DNA of 64,000 nucleotides from Oligoflexales bacterium (GTDB lineage Bacteria; Bdellovibrionota_B; Oligoflexia; Oligoflexales; JAPPIL01): NCBI GenBank assembly GCA_965215515.1, contig OZ244057.1, positions 1,888,001 to 1,952,000 of the forward strand, read 5' to 3'. Shown piece by piece: positions 59,569 to 64,000 of this stretch (position 1 is its first letter; each line of letters starts with the position of its first letter). The notes under the pieces were generated by a model. It saw only the letters and a program-made list of their open reading frames with translations, ran no database searches and was not told where the DNA came from. The position numbers and the translations under genes were made by a program.

Positions 59569-62265
59569 GTGGTGCGGACGAAGGCGGGTTTAAGTTTGGT
59601 GGAGTTGATGGTCGCGGTGGCGGTTATCGGCATTTTGGTCGCCTTGGCGCTGCCGCGTTATCATGCTTTCTTGGCGCAGGCACGGCGGGGGGAGGCGAAG
59701 AGCAACCTCGCCCATCTGGCTAGTCTGCAGGCGGTGTATAAGATCGAGCACTTCAGGTACTACAGTGGCTCCGCGTTGCTCGCTCCTGATGGTGGTATCG
59801 GCTACAAGAATGAGGACGGTACTAGGGGTGATTGTGGGGACTACGCCGATGATCGCGATCAGGGGTTGAATAACCATCTGGGTTTCCGTCCGCAAGCCTG
59901 TGGACAGTTACGTTATTTTTATCAGTTGCGTCCTGGTAATGTCGCGGTTGCCTTTGCCTATGCCGATGATGAGGGCAGGTATATTTATCCCGATTGTCAT
60001 GGCGGGGGGAGAGAGGAGTGTGACTATACGCGGGGTGATGCGGTGAGGATGGCGTTGCGCGATGCCAAACCCACGGTCTGCCGCAACATCACCAAGTACT
60101 GCCCCGCAGGCTTAGGGGCACCACCTCCGCCGCCACCTCCGCCACCAACGCCAACGCCTGATCCGACACCAACACCAACACCAACACCAACACCACCAGG
60201 GCGGTGTGATTGCGTGAGTAGTGAAGGGGGATGGATAGCAGCAGAAAAGCCAGCAGACGTATGTGCATGCAAAAATTACACGGAGACAAAAACTACCACT
60301 ATCACTTGCACACCTATTGGTACTCTCCCACCAGGAACAACATGCCCAGAAGAGACAGAAACCATCATTATCCGCACTAAAGAAGGATTAAAGCCTATCG
60401 CTGAGTGCACTACCACCGAATGTCCGTGCAGAGAAGGTGACACCAGGACTGAATGTATTTGTGTGTGCAAGGTGATGAGTGCCGAGATAACTTGGAATCC
60501 TCTCAGTGAAGATTACACCTGTAAGGAGGTAACGCAAACAGGGAATGCTACTGCAGATTGGGAACCACATCCAAATAACCCAGCTGGTTGTCAGGATGGC
60601 TTCAGTTGTCCCGATGAGCATACTGAATTTAGCCGAGTTGTCTGCGGCGAGAAACCAGTCAATTGTGCTGCCAATTGTCGGGACTGGGGTGAATGGAGTG
60701 CCTGTGCAAGAAATGCTTCTGTAACAGATTCGAGTGATCCTATGTACTGCTACGAAATGCGCAGCAGAACCTGCAGTGATCCCTGTGCTGGTGTCAGTAG
60801 TGACGGTCCTTGCCCTGTAGGCGTGGGGTTTGTTCGTAAGAATTGCCCCACTAGTGAGGCTGTTGCCTGCACTGGCTGTGTTGATACTACTGATCCGCCT
60901 CCTCCGCCACCCGAAGGATGCACTGAGAACACTAACGGTAATTACTGCTGTGATGCTTCTGATGATATGAACTCTCATGCAGACGGCGGCTGTGGCGATG
61001 ATTCCCGCAAAGTCTACTGGAACTCGGCTAGCGGGGAGTGTGAGTGCTCCGAAGAACCGTCAGATGCTGCCGCAACACTCCCCGAAAAAACACCTACTCC
61101 CCAATGCTCCTGCAGACCTGAGATCGGTGCTTGGTCGCCGACGGTGACCGTGTCTAGATACACATGTCAGTGTAAGGAACAAACGGCTGTGACGACCAAT
61201 AAATGCACACCAACTAGCTGTCCTGATCATAATAAGCCTATGGGTATGGCTACACGAAGAGTCTTCGGTAAAACGACTCCTCCTCACCCACAAAATTGCC
61301 CAACACACGTAGCAGATCCTGACAATTGGGGAAATTGCATAGATCTAAATGGTGACGGTAACTGCAAACAACAGCAGGTAGTCACCGTATTGTGCAACAA
61401 CCCCTGCGAAGAAGGTAAGGCAGATGTCTGCATCCCTATTCGCACCGACCAAGTGAGTAGAATATTTGAACGAGGTTGCCCTGAGGGTGTACCTAATCCT
61501 TGCCAAACTGAGCCAGAGAACACTTGCAGCGGAGCATCGCCGTTTATGGCGAATGCACGGCTTCCCAAGGCAAGTGAAGAATGTGGTAAGCAAGGCGGGC
61601 TCTTCCAAGCCCCCGCCACGAACGTGGACAACATTTATGACTGCAAGTGTGAAAGTGCCTGTGCATCCTACACGCACAGTGACCACGACGGGCATACTGT
61701 TCAACAATTTGAGAACATCTTGTTTACCAGCGCACAGTATTACTGTAATCCAGATGGAGGCACAGAAAACGATTTTACCTCTGAACCAGTGCCTAGCAAG
61801 TCCAAATCATTCACATGTAGCTGTACTTCCCCTCCTCCACCTCCACCGCCGCCAACGCCGCAAACATATGAATTTTACAAAGGCTGTATCGTCAACGCCT
61901 ATAGTGCCGCGCGTATGCATGGCAAGAGCGGTGGTGGTGATGGAACATCAAATTGCACTGGCAATCAGCAATGCCCAAGAGCAGATATGATAATAGGCGC
62001 AAAAGATGGAATTAGATGTCTCGGATCTAATCTAGGTGCTACACTGACAGAAGGAGACAAATGTGCGTGTTTCGATAGGATTGGGAACAATTTGCTGAAT
62101 ACAGCAGCAGATGATGAGAGTGTTAGGACTTTCGTAACAGATATCAAGACCGAACTTGACCAAGTATACATGTCTCCTGAATGCCTAGAGGATAGTCAGA
62201 AAGTGGCATGCGCATCGAACGATAACTGCTGCAACATTGCTCCACTTCTTTATTTTGGGCAGTAA
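59569..62265 (+). CDS. Giant type IV pilin-like protein with Cys-rich/TSP1-like modules (copy B)
   Basis: Same prepilin motif and shared blocks as copy A; about 900 aa. Confidence 0.9.
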   Translation: MVRTKAGLSLVELMVAVAVIGILVALALPRYHAFLAQARRGEAKSNLAHLASLQAVYKIEHFRYYSGSALLAPDGGIGYKNEDGTRGDCGDYADDRDQGLNNHLGFRPQACGQLRYFYQLRPGNVAVAFAYADDEGRYIYPDCHGGGREECDYTRGDAVRMALRDAKPTVCRNITKYCPAGLGAPPPPPPPPPTPTPDPTPTPTPTPTPPGRCDCVSSEGGWIAAEKPADVCACKNYTETKTTTITCTPIGTLPPGTTCPEETETIIIRTKEGLKPIAECTTTECPCREGDTRTECICVCKVMSAEITWNPLSEDYTCKEVTQTGNATADWEPHPNNPAGCQDGFSCPDEHTEFSRVVCGEKPVNCAANCRDWGEWSACARNASVTDSSDPMYCYEMRSRTCSDPCAGVSSDGPCPVGVGFVRKNCPTSEAVACTGCVDTTDPPPPPPEGCTENTNGNYCCDASDDMNSHADGGCGDDSRKVYWNSASGECECSEEPSDAAATLPEKTPTPQCSCRPEIGAWSPTVTVSRYTCQCKEQTAVTTNKCTPTSCPDHNKPMGMATRRVFGKTTPPHPQNCPTHVADPDNWGNCIDLNGDGNCKQQQVVTVLCNNPCEEGKADVCIPIRTDQVSRIFERGCPEGVPNPCQTEPENTCSGASPFMANARLPKASEECGKQGGLFQAPATNVDNIYDCKCESACASYTHSDHDGHTVQQFENILFTSAQYYCNPDGGTENDFTSEPVPSKSKSFTCSCTSPPPPPPPPTPQTYEFYKGCIVNAYSAARMHGKSGGGDGTSNCTGNQQCPRADMIIGAKDGIRCLGSNLGATLTEGDKCACFDRIGNNLLNTAADDESVRTFVTDIKTELDQVYMSPECLEDSQKVACASNDNCCNIAPLLYFGQ

Positions 62266-62281
62266 TACAAGGAGAACTGTG

Positions 62282-63610
62282 ATGCAACTGCTAACCATCC
62301 TTTCTTTTGTGCTCCTCACTTCCTGCATTCTGCGTCCGCCGCCTCCCTCGGGCAAGAAGTTCATAACCTTTGATCATGAGCGGATGTGGCATCAGCATCA
62401 CGACGGCTTGCTCATCAACAAGGTGCATGAGCCACACTTGGATATCTCTTACAAATACGGCGACAGCTGTCCGCCTGAGGCGAGGAACAACGACCAGGCA
62501 CTGACCGCCGCTATCAGCAAAGCCTTGCGTTCCTGGCTAAAGCCGTTGCGCGACTACAGCGACAAACCGATCGTTGCCGATTTCCGCTACCAGCTTGTTG
62601 CTGTCGTCACCGGCCCTCGCCCAGCCGCAGAGGATCTGTGGATCGTCTTCCACTGCGATGATAAAGCTTCTGTGGCAACCCTGGGACACGTACCTGGGAT
62701 CCATCTGTATCGGGGTACGGAGGTAGATGGGCGTTTTACGGAATCTCTTATGCACGAAATGGGGCACACCTTTGGTCTTGCCGATACCTACGTGCCGTGG
62801 GGGGATGTAGGCAAACCAGGTCTCAGCAAAGGCGGTCTACTACAAACCATAGGCACCCAGCCAGTCTCCGTGATGAGCTTGCACCTTGGTGCACTCGATC
62901 CTCTCAACACTGGATTTAACCTGCTCGGCAAAGACGACATCAACGGTATCATCTGGCTCTACAAACATGTGTACGAGAACCTGCCGCTAGAGGACTGTTT
63001 TTTCCCCGAGTACGAATTAGAGGAAGACCCCCTAGGCTGTCGTCCCAAATATTCGCTGATCTTTGCCATCAAGCACGGAGATGAAAATGAATACCTTGAT
63101 TCCATGGCAATCAGGATGATCGAAGAAGATCCCCACATCGATATCAACGCCCGAGATGAGAAAGGCCTGACCGCCCTGCACCACGCGGTGCTGAAAGGCT
63201 ACAAGGAACTAGTTATTGAGCTTAGCAAGCATCAAGGTATCGACATCAACGCCCAGGATAAAGACGGCCTGACCGCCCTGCACCACGCGGTGCTGAAAGG
63301 CTACAAGGAACTAGTTATTGAGCTTAGCAAGCATCAAGGTATCGACATCAACGCCCAGGATAAAGACGGCCTGACCGCCCTGCACCACGCGGTGCTAAAG
63401 CGCTTCGATGACGTAGTGGCTAGGCTCATTGCACACCAGGACATCAAACCCTTCCTCAAAAACGCAGACGGGCATAGGGCACTAGACCTCGCCCGCCAGC
63501 TTGAGCTGCCCCGTATCGTCACCCTCATCGCCGCCCACCCCAAGGCTATGCCTGTCGCAGCAAAAGGCAAACAAACCACCACCTGGGGTGAACTGAAAAA
63601 AGAGGAGTGA
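62282..63610 (+). CDS. Lipoprotein: Zn protease + ankyrin repeats + TTTWGELK tail (copy B)
   Basis: LTSC lipobox, HEMGHTFGLAD, SVMS, three GLTALHHAV repeats. Confidence 0.88.
   Translation: MQLLTILSFVLLTSCILRPPPPSGKKFITFDHERMWHQHHDGLLINKVHEPHLDISYKYGDSCPPEARNNDQALTAAISKALRSWLKPLRDYSDKPIVADFRYQLVAVVTGPRPAAEDLWIVFHCDDKASVATLGHVPGIHLYRGTEVDGRFTESLMHEMGHTFGLADTYVPWGDVGKPGLSKGGLLQTIGTQPVSVMSLHLGALDPLNTGFNLLGKDDINGIIWLYKHVYENLPLEDCFFPEYELEEDPLGCRPKYSLIFAIKHGDENEYLDSMAIRMIEEDPHIDINARDEKGLTALHHAVLKGYKELVIELSKHQGIDINAQDKDGLTALHHAVLKGYKELVIELSKHQGIDINAQDKDGLTALHHAVLKRFDDVVARLIAHQDIKPFLKNADGHRALDLARQLELPRIVTLIAAHPKAMPVAAKGKQTTTWGELKKEE
63164..63396. repeat. 102-bp tandem repeat (ankyrin units), about 2.3 copies
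   Basis: GGCCTGACCGCCCTGCACCACGCGGTGCT recurs at 63164, 63266 and 63368. Confidence 0.95.
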
Positions 63611-63621
63611 ACTATACCCCT

Positions 63622-63636
63622 GCTGTAGATGCCCCC
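63622..63636. repeat. 15-bp direct repeat, right of cassette B
   Basis: Identical to 59428-59442. Confidence 0.85.
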
Positions 63637-63674
63637 CCAAAAACCGATCGCTAAGTGCGGAAGTCGGGATATTA

Positions 63675-63703
63675 TTGACAGGCAATGTTGTCGTTGGTAG
63701 AGT
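63675..63703 (+). promoter_or_regulatory. Sigma70-like promoter of tRNA-His
   Basis: TTGACA-17 nt-TAGAGT followed by a GC-rich discriminator. Confidence 0.7.
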
Positions 63704-63756
63704 CCCGCGCCAGGTGTGGCGAGAGTTAACGACGATGGCGGATGTCATTGTACTGC

Positions 63757-63829
63757 GGTGGAATTGGCGAAACGGTTAACGCTCTGGATTGTGATTCCAG
63801 CATCATGGGTTCGACTCCCATATTCCACC
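63757..63829 (+). tRNA. tRNA-His(GTG)
   Basis: G-1, GTGGAAT/ATTCCAC acceptor, C73, anticodon arm CTGGA-TTGTGAT-TCCAG, GGTTCGACTCC. Confidence 0.95.
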
Positions 63830-63877
63830 TTCCCTGATCCCCTTTTTTCTCGCAATGATTACAACTTCCTTGAGAAT

Positions 63878-64000
63878 CTACAGGTGGCAGTAGGTAAGAA
63901 AAGCAGCCACCAAGGCAAACCCCTGTGCCTTGACTTCCGCAGGCAAGGTCATGGAGATATCCTGGCTGTTGAGAAAATCCTGCGTTGCCTCGATATGTGC
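63878..64000 (-). CDS. 3' end of an unidentified gene entering from outside the window
   Basis: Open frame AHIEATQDFLNSQDISMTLPAEVKAQGFALVAAFLTYCHL*. Confidence 0.4.
   Translation of the reverse strand, partial: AHIEATQDFLNSQDISMTLPAEVKAQGFALVAAFLTYCHL

Noticed and set aside
27798..62265. Diversity-generating retroelement acting on the pilin paralogs
   Set aside because: No reverse transcriptase in the window, and the A/B differences are not adenine-specific (many C/T and G/C changes, many synonymous).

Overview
A bacterial chromosomal segment, probably from a deltaproteobacterial-type lineage such as Bdellovibrionota/Oligoflexia; this is inferred from MglA, the ffs-dnaX order and the MoxR cluster. 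The ankyrin and thrombospondin-like proteins hint at a host-associated lifestyle. Housekeeping genes occupy about 1-22.9 kb and 33-59 kb: lytic transglycosylase, tRNA-Pro, sucB-lpdA-sucA, rplM-rpsI, smpB, lpxB-msbA, an otsAB fusion, peptide ABC components, an ExbBD-TonB-TBDR operon, SRP RNA-dnaX, MglA, an Fe-S oxidoreductase, a MoxR operon, and tRNA-His at 63.8 kb. An IS-damaged defence island at 23-26.7 kb joins two CRISPR remnants. One is a type II-B-like array (37-bp repeats) whose 207-bp giant spacer holds an intact small ORF. The other is a type I-E remnant (truncated cas6e, cas1, cas2, two repeats) cut by IS5 and IS3 fragments. The most striking feature is a two-gene cassette present twice in inverted orientation (26.7-31.5 kb and 59.4-63.6 kb). 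It pairs a giant type IV pilin fused to shuffled Cys-rich/TSP1-like modules with a Zn-protease-ankyrin lipoprotein ending in an invariant TTTWGELK tail. The copies are mosaics of near-identical and unrelated blocks, copy B is bounded by a 15-bp direct repeat, and the cassette shares a structured upstream repeat with an Rpn nuclease gene. That Rpn gene has a nonsense-inactivated toxin frame but an intact internal antitoxin frame. An IS1634 is flanked by the 3' halves of two different genes (Smr and rpoZ), marking a rearrangement breakpoint.
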